Position numbers and translations under genes: made by a program. Under the pieces are notes generated by a model. That model was given only the letters and a program-made list of their open reading frames with translations. It made no database searches and was not told where the DNA came from. Below are positions 41,414 to 51,016 of a stretch of 64,000 nt of DNA, piece by piece; positions within the stretch are counted from its first letter, which is position 1, and each line of letters begins with the position of its first letter. The stretch comes from Escherichia coli (lineage in GTDB: Bacteria > Pseudomonadota > Gammaproteobacteria > Enterobacterales > Enterobacteriaceae): the NCBI RefSeq assembly GCF_045037415.1, contig NZ_CP173438.1; one strand, written 5' to 3'.

Positions 41414-43242
41414 GTGATCAGTTTGACGCAAAAGCGTTTTTAAAAACCGTAACCAGCCAGCCAGGCGTTTATCGCATGTATGATGCTGGTGGTACGGTTA
41501 TCTATGTCGGCAAAGCGAAAGACCTGAAAAAACGGCTTTCCAGCTATTTCCGTAGCAACCTCGCTTCGCGCAAAACCGAAGCGCTGGTCGCCCAGATCCA
41601 GCAAATTGATGTAACGGTTACTCATACAGAAACCGAAGCGCTGTTACTGGAACACAACTACATCAAACTTTATCAGCCGCGTTACAACGTTTTGCTACGC
41701 GATGATAAATCATATCCTTTTATCTTCCTGAGTGGCGATACCCACCCGCGTCTGGCGATGCATCGTGGAGCGAAGCATGCCAAAGGTGAATATTTCGGCC
41801 CGTTCCCGAATGGCTATGCCGTACGTGAAACACTGGCGCTACTGCAAAAGATTTTCCCCATTCGCCAGTGCGAAAACAGTGTTTATCGCAACCGCTCGCG
41901 TCCGTGTCTGCAATATCAGATAGGGCGCTGTCTGGGGCCGTGCGTTGAAGGACTGGTGAGTGAAGAAGAATACGCTCAGCAGGTCGAGTATGTGCGCCTG
42001 TTTTTGTCTGGCAAAGATGATCAGGTGCTTACGCAACTCATTAGTCGTATGGAAACTGCCAGCCAGAATCTGGAGTTTGAAGAAGCGGCGCGGATTCGCG
42101 ACCAAATTCAGGCGGTGCGACGTGTCACCGAAAAACAGTTTGTTTCCAATACCGGCGACGACCTTGACGTTATTGGAGTGGCGTTCGATGCGGGTATGGC
42201 TTGTGTCCACGTATTGTTCATTCGTCAGGGCAAAGTGCTCGGCAGCCGCAGCTATTTCCCGAAAGTGCCTGGCGGTACGGAACTGAGCGAGGTGGTGGAA
42301 ACCTTCGTAGGTCAGTTCTATTTACAAGGCAGCCAGATGCGCACCTTACCGGGTGAGATCCTGCTCGATTTTAATCTTAGCGATAAAACGCTGCTCGCCG
42401 ATTCCCTTTCAGAACTGGCGGGACGCAAGATTAATGTTCAAACCAAACCTCGTGGCGATAGAGCGCGTTATCTGAAACTCGCGCGTACCAATGCGGCGAC
42501 GGCCTTAACCAGCAAACTTTCGCAGCAATCTACCGTTCACCAGCGGCTGACCGCGCTTGCCAGCGTGTTGAAATTGCCGGAAGTGAAGCGGATGGAGTGC
42601 TTTGACATCAGCCATACCATGGGTGAACAAACCGTCGCTTCCTGTGTGGTGTTTGATGCCAACGGCCCGCTGCGTGCGGAGTATCGGCGCTATAACATTA
42701 CTGGCATCACGCCGGGCGATGATTACGCGGCGATGAATCAGGTGCTGCGTCGGCGTTATGGTAAAGCTATCGACGACAGTAAGATCCCGGATGTGATCCT
42801 TATTGACGGCGGCAAAGGCCAGCTTGCGCAGGCGAAAAATGTTTTCGCCGAACTGGATGTCTCATGGGATAAAAATCATCCGCTGCTACTTGGCGTTGCC
42901 AAAGGAGCAGATCGTAAGGCTGGGCTGGAAACGCTGTTCTTTGAGCCGGAAGGTGAGGGATTTAGTTTGCCGCCAGATTCTCCCGCGCTGCATGTTATCC
43001 AGCATATTCGCGATGAATCACACGATCACGCGATTGGCGGGCACCGTAAAAAACGGGCGAAGGTCAAAAATACCAGTTCCCTGGAAACCATTGAAGGCGT
43101 CGGGCCAAAACGTCGGCAAATGTTGTTGAAATATATGGGCGGTTTGCAAGGTTTACGTAACGCCAGCGTCGAGGAAATTGCAAAAGTGCCGGGTATTTCG
43201 CAAGGTCTGGCAGAAAAGATCTTCTGGTCGTTGAAACATTGA
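41410..43242 (+). CDS. uvrC: Excinuclease ABC subunit C UvrC
   Basis: 610 aa, N-terminal GIY-YIG ([24 protein letters not shown]). Confidence 0.97.
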
Positions 43243-43298
43243 TGTCTCTGTAGCAACATAGGGGTAATCTTACTGACAACAGATAGTTACCCGTCATT

Positions 43299-43847
43299 AT
43301 GCAATTTAATATCCCTACGTTGCTTACACTGTTCCGTGTCATCCTTATCCCATTCTTTGTATTGGTCTTTTATTTGCCTGTCACCTGGTCGCCGTTTGCC
43401 GCCGCGCTCATTTTCTGCGTCGCGGCGGTGACTGACTGGTTCGATGGTTTTCTGGCACGCCGCTGGAATCAGAGTACCCGGTTTGGTGCTTTCCTTGACC
43501 CTGTCGCAGATAAAGTTCTCGTGGCTATCGCCATGGTGCTGGTAACCGAGCATTACCACAGCTGGTGGGTGACCTTACCGGCAGCAACGATGATCGCCCG
43601 TGAAATTATTATTTCTGCGCTACGCGAATGGATGGCGGAGTTGGGTAAACGCAGTAGCGTGGCTGTCTCCTGGATTGGAAAAGTGAAAACCACTGCCCAG
43701 ATGGTGGCGTTGGCATGGCTGCTGTGGCGTCCGAATATTTGGGTTGAGTACGCCGGTATTGCACTTTTCTTTGTGGCTGCGGTACTGACTCTGTGGTCAA
43801 TGTTGCAATATTTGAGCGCTGCGCGTGCAGATTTGCTTGATCAGTGA
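43299..43847 (+). CDS. pgsA: CDP-diacylglycerol--glycerol-3-phosphate 3-phosphatidyltransferase PgsA
   Basis: 182 aa, CDP-alcohol phosphatidyltransferase motif. Confidence 0.95.
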
Positions 43848-43998
43848 TCGTTTCGGCGCAATTTTCAGCAAACGATCAAAAGTGGTGAAAAATATCGTTG
43901 ACTCATCGCGCCAGGTAAGTAGAATGCAACGCATCGAACGGCGGCACTGATTGCCAGACGATAATAAAATCAAGTGATTAACTGATTGCTTGATGAAT

Positions 43999-44074
<76 letters not shown>

Positions 44075-44127
44075 GTTTAAAAGGCATCGGCGTCAGCGGA
44101 TGTCTGGCTGAAAGGCCTGAAGAATTT

Positions 44128-44201
44128 GGCGCGTTAACAAAGCGGTTATGTAGCGGATTGCAAATCCGTCTAGTCCGGTTCGACTCCGGAACGCGCCTCC
44201 A
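44128..44201 (+). tRNA. cysT: tRNA-Cys (anticodon GCA)
   Basis: GGCGCGTTAACAAAGCGGTTATGTAGCGGATTGCAAATCCGTCTAGTCCGGTTCGACTCCGGAACGCGCCTCCA. Confidence 0.95.
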
Positions 44202-44213
44202 CTTTTTTCCCGA

Positions 44214-44300
44214 GCCCGGATGGTGGAATCGGTAGACACAAGGGATTTAAAATCCCTCGGCGTTCGCGCTGTGCGGGTTCAAGTCCCGCTCCGGGTACCA
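44214..44300 (+). tRNA. leuZ: tRNA-Leu (anticodon TAA), long variable arm
   Basis: GCCCGGATGGTGGAATCGGTAGACACAAGGGATTTAAAATCCCTCGGCGTTCGCGCTGTGCGGGTTCAAGTCCCGCTCCGGGTACCA. Confidence 0.95.
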
Positions 44301-44343
44301 TGGGAAAGATAAGAATAAAATCAAAGCAATAAGCAGTGTCGTG

Positions 44344-44368
44344 AAACCACCTTCGGGTGGTTTTTTTG
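44344..44368 (+). terminator. Rho-independent terminator after the tRNA cluster
   Basis: AACCACC-TTCG-GGTGGTT hairpin followed by a T-run. Confidence 0.8.
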
Positions 44369-44430
44369 TATCTTCTTTCTCATTTCCGAAGATGCGTCCG
44401 AAGATGATTTTTCTCTGGACGCATCATCAT

Positions 44431-45447
44431 TCATTTTCTCTGGCCACCAACTACGGGCACTACTTTAACTTTCCGGTCATATGCTGCTGTCTGTCGCGGG
44501 TTCTTATGCCCGGAAATTGCTTGCTTCTCTTCCAGGCTGCCTTCCAGATCAGAGATACCTTTTGCTTTCAGATCATGAAATGTGAAGTCTATTTGCAGAT
44601 GAGGATATTTTTCCTGTGCTGCCGCTTTGACATCACGCCAACGAGAGTTAAAACCATCACGGGTATACTTGCCACCGGTAGTTTGATGAATCACAAACAG
44701 GCTACTGATTCCCGTTTTTAATGGCAGAGAACGAGCCAGAGCTATCGCTTTCTGCAGACGAGGCGACCAGGCTTTGATTTGCTTAACGCCGGTTTTTCCC
44801 TGACGAATGTAGATCCCGGAATCGAACAGCTGGTCTTTCTGCAATGAAAGTACATCACTCTGTCTGGCCACGCATAAGTAGGCAATCTCCATTGCTACGC
44901 GAACAACATCAGGAGACACTTCATAAACGGCCTGATATTCTTCATCCGTAATATAACGTTCGCGAGCTTTCTCTTTAAACTGTTTAACTCCCTGACAAGG
45001 ATTCCTCTGAACATAACCTCGTTCATAACCCCAACGGAATACCCGGGACATAAAGCTTTTTTCCCTGTTTGCCTGAGTTCGGCTTGATAAACCGCGTTGA
45101 TCCATATAGCGCCGAATATGTTCAGGTTTGATTTTATCCGGGTCGATCTTCCCGAAGACAGGCAGAACTTTTCCGGAATATTTTGTGTAGTCTTTCCGGG
45201 TTTCGACTGCCAAATCCATAAAATCAGGGGAGGTCATGAATTGTTCCGTGAGCGCCTGAAAAGTATTTCTTTCTTTTTCGTCACCGACCGCTTTTTCATA
45301 TGCCAGCCATACGGCTGATCGTGGTGCATCCAATGCGCACAGGCGTATCGCTTTGTTATCTTTATTCCTGAATTCGTAGGCCGCTTTGCCCTGGTAAACA
45401 CGAGGCGGCATCCAGTTATCTGCTGGGTTCTTTCTCTTTCCGGCCAT
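44431..45447 (-). CDS. int: Phage tyrosine integrase (lambda Int family)
   Basis: C-terminal catalytic region ...HDLKAKGISD...ISGHKNPRQTAAYDRK...; N-terminus MAGKRKNPADNWMPPRVY resembles the lambda Int arm-binding start; start codon ambiguous (45447 or 45477). Confidence 0.85.
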   Translation of the reverse strand: MAGKRKNPADNWMPPRVYQGKAAYEFRNKDNKAIRLCALDAPRSAVWLAYEKAVGDEKERNTFQALTEQFMTSPDFMDLAVETRKDYTKYSGKVLPVFGKIDPDKIKPEHIRRYMDQRGLSSRTQANREKSFMSRVFRWGYERGYVQRNPCQGVKQFKEKARERYITDEEYQAVYEVSPDVVRVAMEIAYLCVARQSDVLSLQKDQLFDSGIYIRQGKTGVKQIKAWSPRLQKAIALARSLPLKTGISSLFVIHQTTGGKYTRDGFNSRWRDVKAAAQEKYPHLQIDFTFHDLKAKGISDLEGSLEEKQAISGHKNPRQTAAYDRKVKVVPVVGGQRK

Positions 45448-45679
45448 TAAATATTGCTCCAAAATCAGGTTCATCATCTTTTCGCGTCGTCACCTCCTGT
45501 AAATTGCGAAATTTTATTGGGTTCATGAAATGGCCCCAGGTTGTTTTTGGGTGTCCGTCAGCCCTTTCCATGAAGAAAATTCCAGCCCGGCGAAGAGCCT
45601 CACATTGCTTTGATTTAAGTGGGCTTCCCGTCAGCTCGACCATTTCTTCTCTGGTGATTATGTCGTGATCGCTTTTCAT
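45416..45679 (-). CDS. xis: Excisionase-like DNA-binding protein (DUF4224-like)
   Basis: ITREEMVELTG...ALRRAGIFF...GHPK motif pattern; overlaps the integrase 5' end as is typical for xis-int. Confidence 0.55.
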   Translation of the reverse strand: MKSDHDIITREEMVELTGSPLKSKQCEALRRAGIFFMERADGHPKTTWGHFMNPIKFRNLQEVTTRKDDEPDFGAIFNGRKEKEPSR

Positions 45680-45869
45680 GGTCTTTCCTCATTATGTAGC
45701 TTATTGCGTCATCTGCCTTCTGGCAGGCACGGGCAATATCAGACTCGGTCAAAGTCTGTTTCCTGACGCTGGCCGACAGTCGACCAATTTTGATATCAAA
45801 TGCGGAGAGCAGAGTTGCTCCCGGTTGCCATCGCAGCATTGTGATCCTCCGGTGTCTGGTGAATCGCAA
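45615..45869 (-). CDS. Hypothetical small prophage protein (uncertain; overlaps the xis-like ORF in another frame)
   Basis: 84-aa ORF only; no recognisable domain. Confidence 0.25.
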   Translation of the reverse strand: MRFTRHRRITMLRWQPGATLLSAFDIKIGRLSASVRKQTLTESDIARACQKADDAISYIMRKDHEKRSRHNHQRRNGRADGKPT

Positions 45870-45888
45870 TGCTAGCGATGGTGAGTTT

Positions 45889-46071
45889 TTATTTCTGATT
45901 AGGCGTAATCAGTTCTTGTGGGGTGAATGCCGATTTCTCCCGAGTGACCTTAATGTTTTCTGGCAGGTGTAGCCCAAGTTCGCAGCGGCTCCGTGCTTCA
46001 ATAATGCCATTGGTACCATCGGCAAGTACCAGGTGAACCGCGTCACCACGCTTTAATGTGAGTTTAAGCAT
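45889..46071 (-). CDS. Hypothetical small prophage protein
   Basis: 60-aa ORF whose stop abuts the downstream gene's start. Confidence 0.4.
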   Translation of the reverse strand: MLKLTLKRGDAVHLVLADGTNGIIEARSRCELGLHLPENIKVTREKSAFTPQELITPNQK

Positions 46072-46640
46072 TAGCGTATCCTCAGTGACCGTTCGCCGCG
46101 TTCCAGATGTGCGCCTGGTACCGGGTTTAATAACTCGGCTGGTGGTGTTTCTCCACGCGCCAGTATTTCGGCGGCAACCGCCTCCGCAGATTCAATCACT
46201 TCTTTAATGGCTCGCTTGTTTGGTGTAATAACCGTTTCTACATCAACAAGTGACACGCCCTCATACTCATCCGGGATCTTATCTTTGCTATCGATAATTA
46301 CCCGGATAGTCCCCTGTGCATCAGTAAATGTGTTTTTTGCGGTTTTCAGTTTATCCAGGCCAGCAGCTTGCAGGCAGGTGAGCATATGCTTTCGAATTGC
46401 TTTTTCCTTGCCTTCAAAGGACGTCTTACGGGTTGCCAGGCGAGACATTTCTTCAGCGCAGGTATTGGCATTGCCCTGTAAATTACGGCAGATGACCATC
46501 ATGGCGTCCAGTTTGTCTCCCAGTTCTCCTTCCATGCCTTCAAGCGTGTCGGCGATCATCTCTGGCGTCAGTTCATCGGCGGTTTCTAACAGGTCAATCA
46601 GACTGGCATATTCTTTTGCAATAGCGATAGCAGTGCTCAT
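46071..46640 (-). CDS. Hypothetical prophage protein (possibly Gp157-like), immediately downstream of the SSAP gene
   Basis: 189-aa acidic helical protein; stop/start overlap with flanking genes suggests one operon. Confidence 0.55.
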   Translation of the reverse strand: MSTAIAIAKEYASLIDLLETADELTPEMIADTLEGMEGELGDKLDAMMVICRNLQGNANTCAEEMSRLATRKTSFEGKEKAIRKHMLTCLQAAGLDKLKTAKNTFTDAQGTIRVIIDSKDKIPDEYEGVSLVDVETVITPNKRAIKEVIESAEAVAAEILARGETPPAELLNPVPGAHLERGERSLRIR

Positions 46641-48853
46641 GCTGTTTGCTCCTGTGCAGCGGTAAGGGCGGCGAGGCGTTCAGTTTTAATGTCGGTGATA
46701 CGGCGCAGACGTGATCCCAGATACGATGAATATTCTTTATCGCCTTTGGTTTCCGCTGCTTTCCTGTGTACATCCACTTCGCGGGCGATGAGGCCAAATA
46801 CCTTGTTTACTTCGTTGGCGGTTACCGCGGCGGCCAGCGTATTGGCAACGTTGATAAGCTTCTCATCCAGTTCCTTACGCAGACGGGTAGCATCTTCCGC
46901 ATTCTCGCTGGCATTCTTGATATCAAACTCAGCTTTATTCCTCTGGCGGTATTCCGGATTGTCGTACAGGCCCATGAAAATATCGGCGCTGAATCCGAGA
47001 GGGGATAGCGCTTTCTTAACAGCATCCGTCCAGGATTTCTTCGGTGCTTCGCCGTCGCTTGTTGGTCCGTATTTAGTGTCGTAGATATAAGGTGTGCATC
47101 CGTAAGCCTCGGACTCACCGCGTACCCCATTCAATATGTACCAGACTCTCACTTTCATGGTGTGGTGCATTTCACATAGGTACCCGCCAACACCGTCTTG
47201 AATCAGATCCCATTCTATTTTTTCACCAACCTGTTTTTTGCGAACTATTGGTGCGCCTTTATCAAAGCGCTCCTCCAGCACCTCTACCCCCCAGCCAATA
47301 CCAAATGGCCCAAATTCGCGAGTCGCTTTCATCGCTATATAAGTGCCGTTGATGGATGTGCCGCCGCCATTCTGAGAGAAAGCACTGGTGAAGCGCTCAT
47401 CGGTTTTGAATACGTTCTTCCACAATGCCAGGTTATCCGTGTCATCTGAGTCCTTTAACTCCGTTTCGATAGCTGAGATTGCATTCTGCCGCTTGTGCTC
47501 TTCGGCATGGATCCGCTCAACCAGCGCGTCAACGTTCTGCACCAGATCCTTTACCTGCTCGCTAAGTTGTTCTTGTGGAGGAGTCTCTTCTGCCAGGGTA
47601 ATAGCTGCAGGTTCCCTCTGTGATACGGCGTTATTTTCAGGTACGTCATACACATGGCGAGGCGTGACAAACTGCTCACGCAACTGCTGCAAACTACGTT
47701 CTCCAGCATTTGCAGCTTCGCTTTTTTCGCCCTGATTTGAGGGTGTTTCTGACATCATCCCATCAATTGAGAATCGTCCGCCGCCGTGGTTGGTGACTTT
47801 TACATCATCCTTGGGTGCTGCTTCCTTTGGCTTCTCTTCAACAGCATTTGCATCACGCTGCCCGTTAGCTTGCAGCCAGTTGTCGATGTGACTGCGCAGG
47901 GATTGTGGGAAGTGGTACGTGTCTTTTGCGGGGGCGCTCTGAATAACACCGAATACTGATGCGCGGTCATAGGCAAGGATCTGATCCGTTGTGCGCAAGG
48001 CCATTGACCAGCGTTTAAAATCTTCCCTGTCCTGACTGATTATTTCGTCTGCCGCTTTCAGGATGCTGGGGGTGATTTTTTCCGGGGCAACAGGTAACAG
48101 GGCGCAGGCAATTTCACGATCCAGAGTGGCGTGAGTCTGTTTGTAAGGACGTGCGGATGCTGTTTCTGGTTTTACCTCCGGCAGCATTTCATCTCGTTTA
48201 CCGGGATTCTCTACCCATTTTTTTATAAATTTGGAGATAGTCCAACTGGTCGGGTTTTGTTCCTGGGTATCGCAACTTGCCAAAATTGCATGTACCAGAT
48301 TATTCAATCCAGCAATATGCATGTACTCGATGGGCTTACACGCCACCATGGCATCAAGAACGATGCGGTTAAACGCGTCAACCTCATCCTCACTGTCAGT
48401 ATCACTGTTATCGAGCATCTCCAGGTATTCACGCGTCTGCACAAGCAATTCACTGTCGACTTCGTTGGCGTCGTGGCTGAACAGCAGAACGGCGGCGAAT
48501 CGTTCACGAGCCGGCAGTTTCATCAGGTCGCTAACCTGTGAGATATCTGCTGAACTGCAATCTGAATCAACAGGAGTGTTAACTACCCATTTTTCGCCAT
48601 CAAAACTGTGTTCTGTGGCAAACGTCTCATCAAACTCACCGACGCCTGGGCGCGGTTGGCCCGGGGCATCTTCCCAGATTTTAGGTTTGAAATAGTTGTC
48701 GCCGTGGTCAGGGTAGGCTTCCCACAATTTGCCGATGATGATGTTCTCGGCAACTTTTTTGTTAGGGGCGGCGATGGCGATGGCCAGCGCCGGGATCGCG
48801 CCGTTTTTGAGCGCGCCTTTTTTCGCTTCTAACAAGCCGTTAAAAATGGTCAT
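46637..48853 (-). CDS. Large recombination protein: unassigned N-terminal region plus C-terminal Rad52/Sak-like single-strand annealing domain
   Basis: C-terminal FGPFGIGWGVEV ... TDAVKKALSPLGFSADIF pattern typical of Rad52-family SSAPs; acidic low-complexity linker mid-protein; 738 aa. Confidence 0.7.
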   Translation of the reverse strand: MTIFNGLLEAKKGALKNGAIPALAIAIAAPNKKVAENIIIGKLWEAYPDHGDNYFKPKIWEDAPGQPRPGVGEFDETFATEHSFDGEKWVVNTPVDSDCSSADISQVSDLMKLPARERFAAVLLFSHDANEVDSELLVQTREYLEMLDNSDTDSEDEVDAFNRIVLDAMVACKPIEYMHIAGLNNLVHAILASCDTQEQNPTSWTISKFIKKWVENPGKRDEMLPEVKPETASARPYKQTHATLDREIACALLPVAPEKITPSILKAADEIISQDREDFKRWSMALRTTDQILAYDRASVFGVIQSAPAKDTYHFPQSLRSHIDNWLQANGQRDANAVEEKPKEAAPKDDVKVTNHGGGRFSIDGMMSETPSNQGEKSEAANAGERSLQQLREQFVTPRHVYDVPENNAVSQREPAAITLAEETPPQEQLSEQVKDLVQNVDALVERIHAEEHKRQNAISAIETELKDSDDTDNLALWKNVFKTDERFTSAFSQNGGGTSINGTYIAMKATREFGPFGIGWGVEVLEERFDKGAPIVRKKQVGEKIEWDLIQDGVGGYLCEMHHTMKVRVWYILNGVRGESEAYGCTPYIYDTKYGPTSDGEAPKKSWTDAVKKALSPLGFSADIFMGLYDNPEYRQRNKAEFDIKNASENAEDATRLRKELDEKLINVANTLAAAVTANEVNKVFGLIAREVDVHRKAAETKGDKEYSSYLGSRLRRITDIKTERLAALTAAQEQTA

Positions 48854-48883
48854 TGGTCTTTCCTCATTACAGGTCAGTGGTTT

Positions 48884-49204
48884 TTAGTAGGGGAGCTCAT
48901 CGGTATCTGGCGTGTATTCGATGCAAAGTAACTGCTGGATTTTGTCATCGATAGCAGCAATACGCTGTTGGGCGTCGGCGACTGTTTTCTGTTTTTGTTC
49001 ACGCAGTTGCTCGACCTGTAAACCGATGATGTCGATTGGCTCGGGCTGGTTAACGGTAATTTCAATTTCGCGGCTTTCCAGAAGGATGTACCTGTCTGGA
49101 AAATTTTTTGACATATCAACAGTCGCAACAAGCAGCTTTTCGTGGCTGAAAGTTGAAGTTGCATAATGAATAAAGAGTGTTACTGGGATGGTGCGCGCTT
49201 CCAT
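48884..49204 (-). CDS. Hypothetical prophage protein
   Basis: 106-aa ORF with perfect RBS CCAAGGAG before the ATG. Confidence 0.55.
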   Translation of the reverse strand: MEARTIPVTLFIHYATSTFSHEKLLVATVDMSKNFPDRYILLESREIEITVNQPEPIDIIGLQVEQLREQKQKTVADAQQRIAAIDDKIQQLLCIEYTPDTDELPY

Positions 49205-49209
49205 AGCGA

Positions 49210-50214
49210 CTCCTTGGTAATGTATACTCAGAGCCGATCAGCGAATATTGATCAGCTTCCATAGCGTCAGTGTCGTTGGTCTTTCCTCATCACAAGTTTG
49301 GTCACTTGTGATAAATCCGAATGGTTTGGTCGCCGTTCGGGGTAACTGGCCCGCCTTGTGCGGGTCTTTTGCTATCTAAAGGGTGCCGGTTACGTTTCCG
49401 GCGTCGTTATGTTTCCATTACGACCGTACAGGGCTGGTCAGGCCCGGGCTGGTCTTTCCTGTTTTGAGCTGGTCAGGCTCATGGTCAACGCTGGTCAGGC
49501 GTGGTACTTCCTCCGGTCTTTCCCTGGTGTCACGCTGCGGGTTTGGCCTCTCCTGTTGGGGACTCAGGCACAGCGATAAAACCTGGCTGTGTGAAAAAAT
49601 GGCCCATCGTGCGGACTGGGCAAAGACTAAACACAGCAAATTGATGATGGGCGCCCGGAATCGAACCGGGTAACGGGCAGGGAGTTCCCGTTAAACACCT
49701 GTTCACCACAACCGGGAGCGCACTCCGCCATTTCAAAATTTAACGACAAAGCTCAAAGTTGAGTCGATGAAGTGCGCTCTCGTGTTGTAGCCAGGACTCT
49801 TCCCTGGTGGTCACACCGTATCGCCTTGATGGTGAATCAATCGCTCATACCTGGCTGTGGCTTGCACATTCCGGCTACCTGCTATGGAGACAACGCGTTA
49901 AGGCTCCGCTTCCATCCAGACCGCTTCGACACATGTGCCATATGCCGGTGAAGTCTTTCCCTCTGTCACCGTGTTGGCGCCGACGCGCAAAATTTGGTGC
50001 CGTCTTTCCGGCTGTCAGAACGTGTTTCTGAACAACTGCCGCTGGGTAAGCGTTGTTGATGAAAGTGACTTTACAATTTGTATTTGTAATGGTCAATGTG
50101 TTTTTAAAAAATAATTTGTAGTTAGGGGCAAAAAAATATTCACTGTGTAAAGGTGTTTTTGTGTTAGGGGAAAGTTGCATGCCAGCAGCGGCTGGCCTGG
50201 AAATTTGAACTGAA
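49210..50214. repeat. About 1-kb prophage noncoding region rich in short direct/inverted repeats (GCTGGTCAGGC and GGTCTTTCC families)
   Basis: No convincing ORF on either strand; GCTGGTCAGGC at 49433, 49468, 49491; TCTTTCCCTGGTG-like units near 49516, 49797, 49953. Confidence 0.6.
50071..50125. promoter_or_regulatory. Operator-like repeats downstream of the repressor gene (OL-like)
   Basis: TTACAATTTGTATTTGTAAT and ATAATTTGTAGTTA, related to the repeats in the cI/cro intergenic region. Confidence 0.4.
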
Positions 50215-50629
50215 CTATTTTGTCTGGTTTTTGGCTTCAAGTAGTTCTTTTAGCAGTAGATCGAAGTGCTCTCTTTTTTCTTTTAGCTCATTGATTAATT
50301 TATTTTTTTCGCTCTCAGGCAGTCCTCTGAATAGTTGCAGTAGAGCCTGTTCTTGCGGGGTTAGTTCTTGATTGTAATTACCCGGGTGTAGTGTGGATTC
50401 ATCCAAATATTCCCCTTCATTCATGAAGAAAAAATGAACAGGGTATCCGGTCACTTTTGCTAGCTTGTCTAATTTATCTTTTCTTGGAGTTACCCCATTA
50501 CACCATGCCTGAACTGATTGAGCCGTAACCCCAATATGGCGAGCTAACTCAGATTGAGAACCAGCCTAAGTCTTTTAGAATCCGTTGTAGTCGGCTAGCA
50601 AAAGCCATGTTTTTCGTTTTTGTGTTCAT
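50215..50629 (-). pseudogene. cI-like XRE-family HTH repressor, disrupted by a +1 frameshift
   Basis: N-terminal stub MNTKTKNMAFASRLQRILKDLGW then stop; the HTH continues SQSELARHIGVTAQSVQAWCNGVTPRKDKL... in the next frame; deleting one T in TGGTTCTC near 50558-50562 restores a single ORF. Confidence 0.7.
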
Positions 50630-50727
50630 ACCGTAAGGATACAAGGTTTAATTGTAGGGAGCATTGCAAATATAATTTGTAATTACAGTTATTGTTTGTA
50701 ATGATGACGCGGACACAAGGAGTCCAT
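50630..50727. promoter_or_regulatory. Divergent immunity promoter/operator region (OR-like) between cI-like and cro-like genes
   Basis: Perfect 10-bp palindrome TGTAATTACA at 50678-50687 plus TTGCAA and TTTGTAAT repeats; TATAAT-like -10 element. Confidence 0.55.
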
Positions 50728-50958
50728 ATGGATAAACAACTGCAAGACAAAATTCTTTCCGTAATGAGTCAATCCGAGTTAGGGCGGCGATTAGGGAAAA
50801 AACCACAAACGGTAAGCCTCTGGTTCAAAGGACGGGTTCCCGGTGAAGAGGTTTTGCGCACATCTGAAGCTCTTGAATGGCGCGTGACCCCTCATGATCT
50901 TAGACCGGATCTTTACCCAAACCCAGATGACAGCTTGCCTAAAACGGAAGCAGCTTAA
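50728..50958 (+). CDS. Cro-like HTH regulator (YdaS-like)
   Basis: MDKQLQDKILSVMSQSELGRRLGKKPQTVSLWFKGRVP HTH; AAGGAG RBS; divergent from the repressor. Confidence 0.7.
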   Translation: MDKQLQDKILSVMSQSELGRRLGKKPQTVSLWFKGRVPGEEVLRTSEALEWRVTPHDLRPDLYPNPDDSLPKTEAA

Positions 50959-51016
50959 CTGTTGGTGAGCCCCAAATCTGATTAAGCGTAATCAATTTTT
51001 AGCGACAGGAGACGCT

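Noticed and set aside
44341-44721. 126-aa plus-strand ORF after the tRNA cluster
   Set aside because: Begins inside the terminator and runs antisense into the integrase 3' end.
49430-49520. Possible CRISPR-like array from the clustered GCTGGTCAGGC repeats
   Set aside because: Repeats are only about 11 nt, irregularly spaced and not separated by uniform spacers; no cas genes nearby.
49358-50240. Several 68-121-aa ORFs on both strands in the prophage noncoding region
   Set aside because: Pro/Arg/Ser-rich low-complexity translations with no RBS; the region is better explained as noncoding repeats.
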